24,910 nucleotides of DNA from contig JAQGDQ010001369.1 in NCBI GenBank assembly GCA_030141605.1, forward strand, positions 19,188-44,097, written 5' to 3'. The notes under the pieces were generated by a model that did not search any database, had not been told where the DNA came from, and saw nothing but the letters and a program-made list of their open reading frames with translations. This DNA comes from Tubiluchus corallicola (Eukaryota; Animalia; Priapulida). Each line of letters begins with the position of its first letter. Position 1 is the first letter of the stretch. The position numbers were made by a program, and so were the translations under genes. This document shows positions 12,571 to 22,647 of this stretch, piece by piece.

Positions 12571-12794
12571 ATACAGTGATTCAATTACGTAACTATTACC
12601 TTACGATTTTAGGAGTAAAGTCTTGAGCACCTTGTTTAAGGCAAATGGGTTGTTGTCCGTGCTTTGGAGGCCAATCAGAAGACTACGTTCCAGTGGTGCA
12701 GCCCGTTCAGGTTAGTGCAGAGATTGAAAACAAATATATAGAGAAGATGAGCTTATAGTGCAGGGAAGAGTTAGTGAGAGTTAATGTTAATGCT

Positions 12795-13146
12795 AATATT
12801 ATATTATTACCCTGATTATTACCCTAATATTATATTATTACCCTGATTATTACCCTAATAATTAATGATTATTATCCTAATATTATATTATTACCCTGAT
12901 TATTACCCTAATAATTACTGATTATTACCCTAATATATTATTACCCTGATTATTACCCTAATATTATATTATTACCCTGATTATTACCCTAATAATTACT
13001 GATTATTACCCTAATATTATATTATTACCCTGATTATTACCCTAATATTATATTATTACCCTGATTATTACCCTAATAATTACTGATTATTACCCTAATA
13101 TTATATTATATTATTACCCTGATTATTACCCTAATAATTACTAATT
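12795..13146. repeat. AT-rich compound minisatellite built on an ATTATTACCCT core (~31-bp main unit)
   Basis: Alternating GATTATTACCCT, AATATTATATTATTACCCT and AATAATTACTGATTATTACCCT subunits. Confidence 0.95.
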
Positions 13147-13454
13147 AATTGTATTGTTTTGTTTAGATTTAGGTATCTAACTTTATTATTTTTTGTTTTC
13201 ACTACTTTTTTGATAATTTGTATCATTTTTACTGTTTTTATTATTATTTTTTTCTTATTTGTTTTTTGTTTTTGTTATCTGCAGCATCACCATTTAATTT
13301 TAATATGACTAATCTATTTACAAGAAAGGGCAGGAGACTAGATGATCCTATGGTCCTTCCCTGCCCTGCTCCACGATAATAATTAGGTAATATTTAAAAA
13401 ACTTTTTATGTCAAACTAATTGGAGAAAATAAAATGTTCTATGTTCTATGTTCT
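13147..13454 (+). mobile_element. Truncated CR1/L2-like LINE 3' end with (ATGTTCT)3 tail
   Basis: T-rich UTR; stem-loop AGGGCAGG-AGACTAGATGATCCTATGGTCCTTC-CCTGCCCT (13327-13367), similar to the GACTAGATGA..GGTC motif of CR1 3' ends; AATAAA 13428-13433; tail 13434-13454. Confidence 0.8.
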
Positions 13455-14199
13455 AATGAGTATAGAATGAATAACGGTATTAGAATGTTTACTTCATTAT
13501 TCTGTATTGCTCTATTACATTTGAATTAGCGTACTGCTTCTAATAAAAACCCGGGAAGGCCACCGGCAAAGACTTTAGTCAAATGATAAATTTATTAGCA
13601 TCTTGCTGATGATTCGCTTTGATAGTTAGTCCACCTATAGTTGGAAGTGTACCAACATCCTCGACGAGTCTTCTGGTTGTGACATTAACTCAGCGCTGTA
13701 ACTTTGCACTGGTTTTAGGCGGTACGGAGGCAGCAAGCGGCAGCAGCGGCGGAGAAGAGACGGTCCGAGGCGGAGTCGAAAGGCGTGAAGGATCCGGAAC
13801 GATTGAAACAGCAACAAAGAAAGAGAGAAGAGTTGGAGAGGAAAGCTGAGCAGGGTTCACACGAAGGCGGAGGCGGACTAAGGGTACCGTATCAAAAATT
13901 TCGAGTGTTTTGGTAGTTAGAGGCGGGATAGTGACTTCGGTGGTTACATCATTTTCTTGTTTTTGCTTTTTCTAGCCTTTTCCGTTTCATTATCGTTTCT
14001 AACTTTATTTCTTCATGTATCGTCTTGTCGACGTGGTCGTAAATTCTCGGTAGTCGTAAAATTGGACGTTGGTGCGTTCAGAAAAGAAGCGTAATAACAG
14101 TCTCTGTTATGTAGTTTTAGGTTCTTATTTGCTGTCGGCGATAATAGCTCTTTGAGCTAATGTTAATTGTTCATCAAAAAAGCCGACTTTAAATAAAGA

Positions 14200-14232
14200 T
14201 TGTTATTATTATTATTATTGTTGTTGTTGTTG

Positions 14233-14263
<31 letters not shown>

Positions 14264-14335
14264 CATTATTATTATTATTATCATTATTATTATTATTATT
14301 ATCATCATCATCATCATCATCATCATTATTATCAT
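14200..14335. repeat. Compound trinucleotide microsatellite (TTA)n/(TTG)n/(ATC)n
   Basis: Directly visible; explains the poly-N/D and poly-I/M ORFs. Confidence 0.97.
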
Positions 14336-14852
14336 GAGAAGAGTAAAACATAATCTATACATTTTGCACAATTTACAACTACAGTAAGCGACTAAATCCA
14401 CCAGGAACATAGTCAAATTTTGCACGTTACTTTGCAATTTCTTCCATGACAACCTACTTTATTTTGATAAAATAAATTCTAATCTGTTGTTCTGTAGTTT
14501 CAGTTTGCGTTTTTGTGTCATTAATGTATTCTTAATTTATAATTAATTAGGAATAATTAATTTATTCTTTTTGGCTTGATTTATAAGTTTGATAAGTAAT
14601 TACAAAAAAGTAGGCGAGTGCAATCTAGGATGTGGCGTTTTACAGTAGCTTGAGTAAGGTACAAGTTTAGGAAAAATGGAGAAGTGAGATGACTTGGAAA
14701 CAGACTTTCACAGAGAAAGAAGTTTAAGGTTTAATTTGCAAACAATCCTGTGGCACCTTTTGCTACGAAATTATACAGATTCCTGGCTGTCGGAGCTTAT
14801 AATTTGCCAAACGTTAGCGATTTTGCATAATAGTTGTAAGCTTGTTTTAGGG

Positions 14853-15161
14853 CAGTGGTTCCCAAAGTAGGGGTAAATTACCCCCCGGGGGTAATATGTT
14901 TTTTTGGGGGGGTAACGGGCACCCCTCTGAAAATTTTTAAAACTTCGCTCGGAATGCATTTTACGTAGTTTTCTTCTTGAAGAGACTGCCTACAACAATA
15001 ACATCTGGAAATTTATTTATGTCACATAAATAATTTTGCTTGCTTGTGGCATATACGTGTGTTTACTTTTTGAGTTGGAGAAGTAGTACTAGGTGGGGGG
15101 TAATGGACACGACCGGGTTTCCCGATTTGGGTAACGGTCCGAGAAAGTTTGGGAACCACTG
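14853..15161 (-). mobile_element. hAT-superfamily MITE (Buster/Charlie-like), copy 2, 309 bp, opposite orientation to copy 1
   Basis: Same 14-bp TIRs; perfect 8-bp TSD TTTTAGGG (14845-14852 and 15162-15169); nearly identical to 3450-3765 apart from a few substitutions, an 8-bp deletion and a 1-bp homopolymer difference. Confidence 0.96.
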
Positions 15162-15416
15162 TTTTAGGGCATATATCACTGTAATAGTCTTCTCTTTTTC
15201 AGTGGCAGGTGGGCTGAATAAGGGTCATCCATTCATGACCTATGTGCCTTATTTCCGTTTTGAACGCTGGCCGCCATTGTGGATTCATCACAGCAGAGCC
15301 GTCTGTTGCCAAGAACTGTAATTAATAAAGTTTATATTTCTACGAATTTGTAAATTTTTCCACTTGTTGAGCTTTTGTAAATGTGATACACAAATGTCTG
15401 CAACAGGCCTGTTATA

Positions 15417-15890
15417 CAGTCTACCTCGGGTATAAGGTACTTGCTTATAAGGGACCACCAACACTGGTTCCAATTTTTCATAACGTTTTTCTCATGTAAA
15501 AATCTTCGTGTATAAGGTACTCGGATGTAATGGACTTTCGGTTATAAGGGATGATATCATCAGGTCACGCGTAACAGAAACCCAGGTAAATTACCTCGCA
15601 TGTAAGGGACCCTATGATCAAAATGAAATTGATCGATTTTTAACCTCAATTTTTCACAAACTCAGCCTTCGAACTGCTAGGTTTCCGCGGTCACATACAT
15701 CTCGCATTACTGAAGGAGCTTCCTACATACCGTTTGCACTGAATGTGTAGCAATAGTCCATAAAACTATGGGTAAAAGTGCAGGTCTAGATACACCCTCG
15801 GTCTGACTCAACTTCGGCTATAAGGGACATCGGATATAAGGGACGGTTTTTTCCGGCCCCTGAGGTGTCCCTTACATCCGAGGTAGACTG
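15417..15890. mobile_element. Tc1/mariner-superfamily (pogo/Tigger-like) MITE, 474 bp
   Basis: TIRs CAGTCTACCTCGGGTATAAGGTAC vs CAGTCTACCTCGGATGTAAGGGAC (21/24, first 13 perfect); TA on both flanks; multiple internal TATAAGGGAC-like motifs. Confidence 0.93.
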
Positions 15891-16233
15891 TATAACATTT
15901 GTAAGAATTGTGCGTTCTAGTCTGCAATGGTAAGATATATAATGGTAAGATCGCTTAACAACAAATTTTTTTGGTGTCCCAAAATAGGCTGTATAAAGAG
16001 GTTTGTCTGTGTTCTTGGTTCATTCTGTTGTTTTTGATGTATTCTTAGGCAGGTAGGAAATTTTAATAGTGTCACCTGTATAATTTTTTGTCATTGTTTA
16101 CTTTTAAACATTATAGAATCACTTCAATGTGCTGTTTTTTTGTATATAGTAATTATCATTGTTTTTTATGATTGATGTAAATTTCATGTAAGTCATAAGC
16201 AACACTGTTTCTGTTACTTGCTCTAATATGAAA

Positions 16234-16600
16234 AATAATCATAATAATAATCTTTTTTATTTATCTTCCAACACACGCACAGTTGTAACACAATTAATTT
16301 GGAAACAAAAATGTGAAGAAAGGGCAGCGAAAGACCAATTGGTCATCTAGTCAGCTGCCCTTTGGGTAGCCATGAACATTTCTTATAAGCGCTATACTAC
16401 AGTGTATTAGTGTTAGTACTGCTTATAATAAAGATTTAATTGTTACGAATGACATTAAATTGATATGCTTATAACATGTTAATACAATTCATACACAGTA
16501 ATAATAAGTGCATAATAAAAAAAATCAAACAAGAACTGAAATAAAAATCTGACAACGGAAACATAAGAACAATGGCAACTGAAATATACTTCATAACACA
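16234..16600 (-). mobile_element. Truncated CR1/L2-like LINE 3' end with (ATT)n tail
   Basis: Minus strand: T-rich UTR, stem-loop AAAGGGCAGC-TGACTAGATGACCAATTGGTCTTTC-GCTGCCCTTT (16319-16363), AATAAA (16256-16261), tail 16234-16251. 5' boundary approximate. Confidence 0.8.
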
Positions 16601-16708
16601 AGCATAATTCTTAGACAGTCAAAAGTAAATGAAGTGATGCGTTTAATGGACTTTGCTGTACTTATTTTGGTACTTTACAAATTATGGCGAGAAAGTGTAC
16701 ACGTAGAG

Positions 16709-16848
16709 AATTTAATTTAATTTAATTTATACCACATCATACACAGACAATAAATTAAAAAACAAATGTTCATATACAAAATCATTAAATCAACAATGTG
16801 GAGTAGACGATCAGAGTATATATCATCTGCTTATAAGCGCCAATCGAG
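16709..16848 (-). mobile_element. Probable short LINE 3'-end fragment with (AAATT)4 tail
   Basis: Minus strand: degenerate hairpin, T-rich spacer and pentamer tail at 16709-16728. Confidence 0.4.
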
Positions 16849-16920
16849 AAGCAAAAGTTGACTTGAATGCAAGTAGATTTCTAGAGAAGATCTACTCTAG
16901 TATCAACTTCTAGTTCAGAC

Positions 16921-17361
16921 TAGGAGTGAGCGTCGAACGTTCGAGTTATCATCATCATCGTCACCATCATCATCATCACCATTATTATCATCATCATCAC
17001 CATCGTCGTCATCACCATCATTATCATAATTATCGTCGAATTCGATTCGAAGCTAAAATTACGGATTTGAATAATTCAGCACTTCAGCCACATACGTTCT
17101 TTATTATTAAAATGTTTGAAACATCGTGCGATTAGCAGAATTTAGCTGCAGTTTCTGTGCAAAATTTTTAACAAACTGATAGTTGTTTTACTGCAGAACA
17201 AAATCAAGTATTATGCATGATCTTTGTATGACCACTTTTTGCTACTGGTTCGAAAACTTGTTTAAAAATCTTTCAAACTCGATTCCAACTCCAAATGCTG
17301 AAATTCGGTTCAATTGGAATTCGATTCGAATTCGCTTTCTGGTGGAGAATGCTCACCCCGA
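16921..17361. mobile_element. Older hAT-type MITE (TAGGG-type termini), 441 bp, containing a (CAT)n tract
   Basis: TIRs TAGGAGTGAGC vs TCGGGGTGAGC (9/11); 8-bp TSD GTTCAGAC (16913-16920) / GCTCAGAC (17362-17369), 7/8 match; subterminal TTCGA motifs at both ends. Confidence 0.8.
16946..17036. repeat. Imperfect (CAT)n microsatellite
   Basis: Directly visible; source of the poly-His ORF. Confidence 0.95.
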
Positions 17362-17463
17362 GCTCAGACTGGCGAGTTTTCTCACCAAGTAACTCGCAGA
17401 CATGTTCACACTAGAGAACACAACTTGATGTGAGTTACTTTCCAGCAGTAAGCACGAGTTGAC

Positions 17464-19034
17464 ACTCACATCTTTATTCAACTTTGAGAAATGTTGAGAG
17501 TAACTCGCTGAAGCGTTCACACTACACGGGTAATCAACTCACATCTCTATTCACTGCGAGAAATGTCGAGAGTAACTCACCGAAGCATTCACACTACACG
17601 GGTAATCAACTCACATCTCTATTCACTGCGAGAAATGTTGAGAGTAACTCACCGAAGCATTCACACTGCACGGGTAATCAACTCACATCTCTATTCACTG
17701 CGAGAAATGTCGAGAGTAACTCACCGAAGCATTCACACTACACGGGTAATCAACTCACATCTCTATTCACTGCGAGAAATGTCGAGAGTAACTCACCGAA
17801 GCATTCACACTACACGGGTAATCAACTCACATCTCTATTCATTGCGAGAAATGTCGAGAGTAACTCACCGAAGCATTCACACTACACGGGTAATCAACTC
17901 ACATCTCTATTCACTGCGAGAAATGTCGAGAGTAACTCACCGAAGCATTCACACTACACGGGTAATCAACTCACGTCTCTATTCACTGAGAGAAATGTCG
18001 AGAGTAACTCACCGAAGCATTCACACTACACGGGTAATCAACTCACATCTCTATTCACTGCGAGAAATGTCGAGAGTAACTCACCGAAGCATTCACACTA
18101 CACGGGTAATCAACTCACGTCTCTATTCACTGAGAGAAATGTCGAGAGTAACTCACCGAAGCATTCACACTACACGGGTAATCAACTCACGTCTCTATTC
18201 ACTGAGAGAAATGTCGAGAGTAACTCACCGAAGCATTCACACTACACGGGTAATCAACTCACGTCTCTATTCACTGCGAGAAATGTCGAGAGTAACTCAC
18301 CGAAGCATTCACACTACACGGGTAATCAACTCACGTCTCTATTCACTGCGAGAAATGTCGAGAGTAACTCACCGAAGCATTCACACTACACGGGTAATCA
18401 ACTCACATCTCTATTCACTGCGAGAAATGTCGAGAGTAACTCACCGAAGCATTCACACTACACGGGTAATCAACTCACGTCTCTATTCACTGCGAGAAAT
18501 GTCGAGAGTAACTCACCGAAGCATTCACACTACACGGGTAATCAACTCACGTCTCTATTCACTGCGAGAAATGTCGAGAGTAACTCACCGAAGCATTCAC
18601 ACTACACGGGTAATCAACTCACGTCTCTATTCACTGCGAGAAATGTCGAGAGTAACTCACCGAAGCATTCACACTACACGGGTAATCAACTCACATCTCT
18701 ATTCATTGCGTGAAATGTCGAGAGTAACTCACCGAAGCATTCACACTACACGGGTAATCAACTCACATCTCTATTCATTGCGAGAAATGTCGAGAGTAAC
18801 TCACCGAAGCATTCACACTACACGGGTAATGAACTCACATCTCTATTCATTGCGTGAAATGTCGAGAGTAACTCACCGAAGCATTCACACTACACGGGTA
18901 ATCAACTCACGTCTCTATTCACTGAGAGAAATGTCGAGAGTAACTCACCGAAGCATTCACACTACACGGGTAATCAACTCACATCTCTATTCACTGCGAG
19001 AAATGTTGAGAGTAACTCACCGAAGCATTCACAC
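17464..19034. repeat. Minisatellite, 72-bp unit, ~22 copies
   Basis: Unit GAGAAATGTCGAGAGTAACTCACCGAAGCATTCACACTACACGGGTAATCAACTCACATCTCTATTCACTGC recurs every 72 bp from 17486 to 18998 without indels. Confidence 0.99.
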
Positions 19035-19451
19035 TAGACTGCAGCAACAGTCTGAGGAATTTGCAATTTCTTGCCTACAGTAACTCGCAAAGCAGTTCAC
19101 ACTTGCGAGTTTGATGTCAGAGAGAATACTCGCGAACAGAAAACAGAAAATCTGAATTCGCCTTAACATTGGTCGTAAATTTATTGCTGACTAGCTTGGG
19201 TCTGCTAATCTTCAAGACCTTCTTAACAACAGGGGCTACTCAATGTTGATGTTTACAGTGAGAAAAGAGCCTGACTCATTATCAAGGATAATTCTCAAAG
19301 ATGAGTCACTTTGATGAACCAATAGTGGCATACTTCGTCAATTTCTAGAGCTGGCGTCCCTAAAAGTACCCCTCCCCTTCCAAATCAATTTAAATCACAT
19401 TTTGGGCACATTGATAAAACTTTGTGAAGATTTTAACTAATAATATCAATA

Positions 19452-19845
19452 TCAGTTAAAGCAAAACCTGATCCAATGTTAAACTAACAGGTCAAAACAA
19501 TCTACTCTTTAAAATATTGAAAGCAAATATATTATTTTTTCAAGAATGACTTACGTGAAAGAATTATTACCACACAAACAAAATTTTACGCTCACGGCAC
19601 TAGTTCTTCTTTGTTACATGCATTTCGCCATTCACTAGTTAGACGGGCAGTATAGCGTATGCATTTCGAAAATGCATTGCACAAAAAGCAGGTGCTGTAC
19701 CTCTCAGTACAGATGTGTTGGTTTTTGACGAACTACGCTCATGCGTGAGCACAACGGTAAATTTGAAATTAGAATTTTTATCTTAAAACTTGCCTAGTTT
19801 TAGTACAACACACTGAATATCTTACAGTCAGTAGCACTGTACTTC
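19452..19845 (-). repeat. Dispersed repeat family A, copy 2
   Basis: Reverse-complement match to 155-570. Confidence 0.85.
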
Positions 19846-21219
19846 AATTTTCGCTTTCGCAATAGAAAATACAAAAATAAATAGTTAATAACTTGAATTT
19901 ACTAAGATACTCGCTGAGTAATGAGGAACAATGCAGGTAAAATTACATCCAGAGACTGACATACATCTAAAACTTTATGCACTAGATGCAAATAGTTATA
20001 CTTAATGGACAAGAAAAGAGGTACCTGAAGTAGGTTTTAAAAACCTATATGGCTTTACAGCAATTGTATGCGTATATTGTACTTTGCGTTAAAAAGGAAT
20101 TTTTGTTCGTTTTTGTTTTAAATGTCCCGCATCACTGTTCCATTACATGACGTCACTTCCATTACTGTTCCTTTCCGACTTGTGCCATTACATGACGTCA
20201 CCTACGCAAACGTTAATCTGGGGAAGAAGAGGAAATGTTAAATTATGTCCCAAAATACTTTCCATGCAAATCTATGTTACTTAGCATTTCATTTACCTGC
20301 TGGAAAGACTTATGTAACTAGAAATAATAATTTAAAATGTTCATGCCGATTGGTAAAATGTCGCTGACTCACCCTCCAGGCTGCGCCACTCGCTAACCAA
20401 AAAACTCATTTTTAATCTTATTGAAAGATACAGTAATTTAAAACTTTAATTAGCTAGTAACATGTGTGCTGCAAATGCTCTGACTATTTTTTCAAACTTC
20501 ACGCAATGTTATCTCAGTTTGCTCCAAATGAACCTGCCATTAAAATCTAATGGTCTTGCTTGGGTGTTTAAATTTACAAACTTTATACAGCATTACTGCA
20601 GACGCAAGCCCTGCGTGCAAAAAGGCAGCATGTAAGTGGTATAAAATTTCAAGACGAATTTTTTAAGCTTTACGTAATTGGAGGATTTTCTTGTGCTTTA
20701 AATAGTGTTTAACATTTTAAAGTTTTTAGTTTTTAACATTTGCAACTGCACAACAAGTATAATATGTGCTGCTTACAAACCGAAACTGTCCATAAGTCGG
20801 TATAGTTAAAACTACGTTATGATGCTTCAAAGTAGAATAACCCAAAAATTTGGTGAAATGTCATTTTTTCGTATTTTGTAGAAACCAACGGCTAAATATA
20901 TTGGACTTTTATATTCTAGCATCATATTATCAAGAAAGTGTTCAAAACACACTAGAAATTTAATTTTTTAACTCCGGACATACTTTTCTGTCTAGAAACT
21001 AGTACTGCAATTGTGAAAAACTGCTATATTTTCAAACTCCGATAACAGTTCCTGGAAGCAGCCATTTTGCTTCGGGTTTTCAGTTGCCAAGCCCAGATCT
21101 TGGGTCAGGAAGAGCCATCTACTCTAAAGCGCTTTTGCAAAGTCCGTAGCAACCAAAGTTGCACGGTTGCTAAGTGCTTTGTAGAGACGCGACAAAAAAC
21201 AATGGCTGACTTCAAGTTC

Positions 21220-21343
21220 TTCAGTATACAGCCTGCACCTCAACTTCAACGTTTATTATCTCAGCTTAGAAACAACATAGAGTGATGAACTTGGTATCAA
21301 AACGATCCCCAAGAAATGGAGATTCAGGATATGTGAATAACTA
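21220..21343 (+). repeat. Direct repeat D, copy 1 (~125 bp)
   Basis: CAGCCTGCA.CTCAACTTCAACGT..ATTATCTCAGCTTAGAAA...GAAATGGAGATTCA.GATATGTGAATAACTA shared with 22129-22252. Confidence 0.9.
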
Positions 21344-21689
21344 GAATTTTGATATGCAAGCACACTTATATGGGCCTATACATTTGCGGTCTCAGGCCTC
21401 AAAGGCCTTCTGCGCTATTGTCGAATCAGTGTAACTTTCTTGTAAAAATTAGCACTCAAGCAAACACTGGAACGCGCGTATTGAAAAGAGAAGAATCAGC
21501 CATGTTCAAGGTTTTTTTTAAGATACTTCCCTTCCCTTTTTCCACGTTATTCATTATTTGAACGTAATTGCGGAGGTGCCTGGGCTTGTGTCGCGGGTCT
21601 CGGTTTTTCTTTTTTATTTCTATATCCGTAACAACCGTTTCCTAAAGGTCTAACTGCATAACTGATAATTTGTTTGTCTAGCTCCCGCT

Positions 21690-21782
21690 ATGTGTTACCT
21701 TAATAAACTAAGCAAATACACCATAGCGGTACTTAACCGACACACTACGTTGCCCATCGTTGACATTGTAAAGGACCTTGGA
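21690..21782 (+). pseudogene. Possible small CR1-type ORF2 remnant
   Basis: Manual translation ...NRHTTLPIVDIVKDLG (KDLG at 21771-21782) resembles the L..V...KDLGV motif downstream of the RT core in CR1 elements; short and disrupted. Confidence 0.35.
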
Positions 21783-22128
21783 CCTCGGATGCCTTTCCAA
21801 AAAAATGAACCTCAAGTCATAAGAACTAACGTTTGAGCAGTGACAATGAGAAAGCGAAATTTGTCTGCTGAAAGTTTACAGTTATTTTTGACAAGTTTTT
21901 TTTTTACCGGGTTACCAAAAATCGATTAAGAAGACGGGCCTTGTTCAGCTAACTGTTGATACAGCTTACAGATTAGCTTTAAAAATAATATTTACAATTC
22001 TTAATCTCCTGTAATACTTGCTGACCTTAACACATTCGTACATGTTTGATTTTTTATCCTTCTTTCAATAAGAAACACTTTTCAATTACAGGAAGGGATA
22101 ACTTATTCAGCACTTTGGGTTTATGTTT

Positions 22129-22252
22129 TTCACTGTGCAGCCTGCATCTCAACTTCAACGTGGATTATCTCAGCTTAGAAATAAGATAGTGTGATGATAT
22201 TGGTGCCAAAATGATCCTCATGAAATGGAGATTCATGATATGTGAATAACTA
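22129..22252 (+). repeat. Direct repeat D, copy 2
   Basis: Match to 21220-21343. Confidence 0.9.
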
Positions 22253-22647
22253 TAAAAGCTTAATTGCCCAACTTATGGGTGATTTTGCTATGCCGGCACA
22301 CGTGTTATTACATTTTATAACTTAGCAGGAGAAAGGGTAAATAAAAAACTCACTAGTACTAGAAATCAATTTTCGTATAAACAACAGGAATTACCAAAGG
22401 CTTTAAAGGAAAGAACAAGTCATTTAGCATGTTGGGTTGTTATCACTCAAACTTAGAAAAATAGGACAAAGAAATTTGTAAAAACTGTCATTGGTAGAGT
22501 TAGCTAATACTATCTATACTGTATATAGGTTTTTAGGCGCGATGGTAGCTACCTTTCGCCTGAAAATTATGACGTAACTGGTGGACATCGTGACTTTTCG
22601 TAGGCGCATCGTAGTTTTCCGTAAACCTGAGCTGCTAAAACTAATAA

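Noticed and set aside
12795-13146. Interstitial telomeric repeat
   Set aside because: Core is ATTATTACCCT, not tandem TAACCC or TAACC units.
13327-13367. Hammerhead ribozyme or intrinsic terminator reading of the GC-stem hairpins (also 11314-11355 and 16319-16363)
   Set aside because: Catalytic core motifs are absent; the context (AATAAA plus short-repeat tail) fits LINE 3' ends in a eukaryotic genome.
15040-15321. ORFs shared with 3389-3571 (MLVAYTCVYFLSW...) suggesting a gene family
   Set aside because: The similarity is simply the two MITE copies; the frames run across element boundaries and show no transposase features.
16926-17135. His-rich peptide ORF
   Set aside because: Translation of a (CAT)n microsatellite inside a MITE.
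17484-19083. 409- and 506-aa repeat proteins or a CRISPR array
   Set aside because: 72-bp tandem DNA repeat with no spacers; the ORFs start at non-canonical or internal repeat codons, have almost no non-repetitive sequence, and a TGA variant truncates one frame.
22078-22125. Possible micro-exon after TTTTCAATTACAG
   Set aside because: Acceptor-like sequence only; weak donor and no recognisable peptide.
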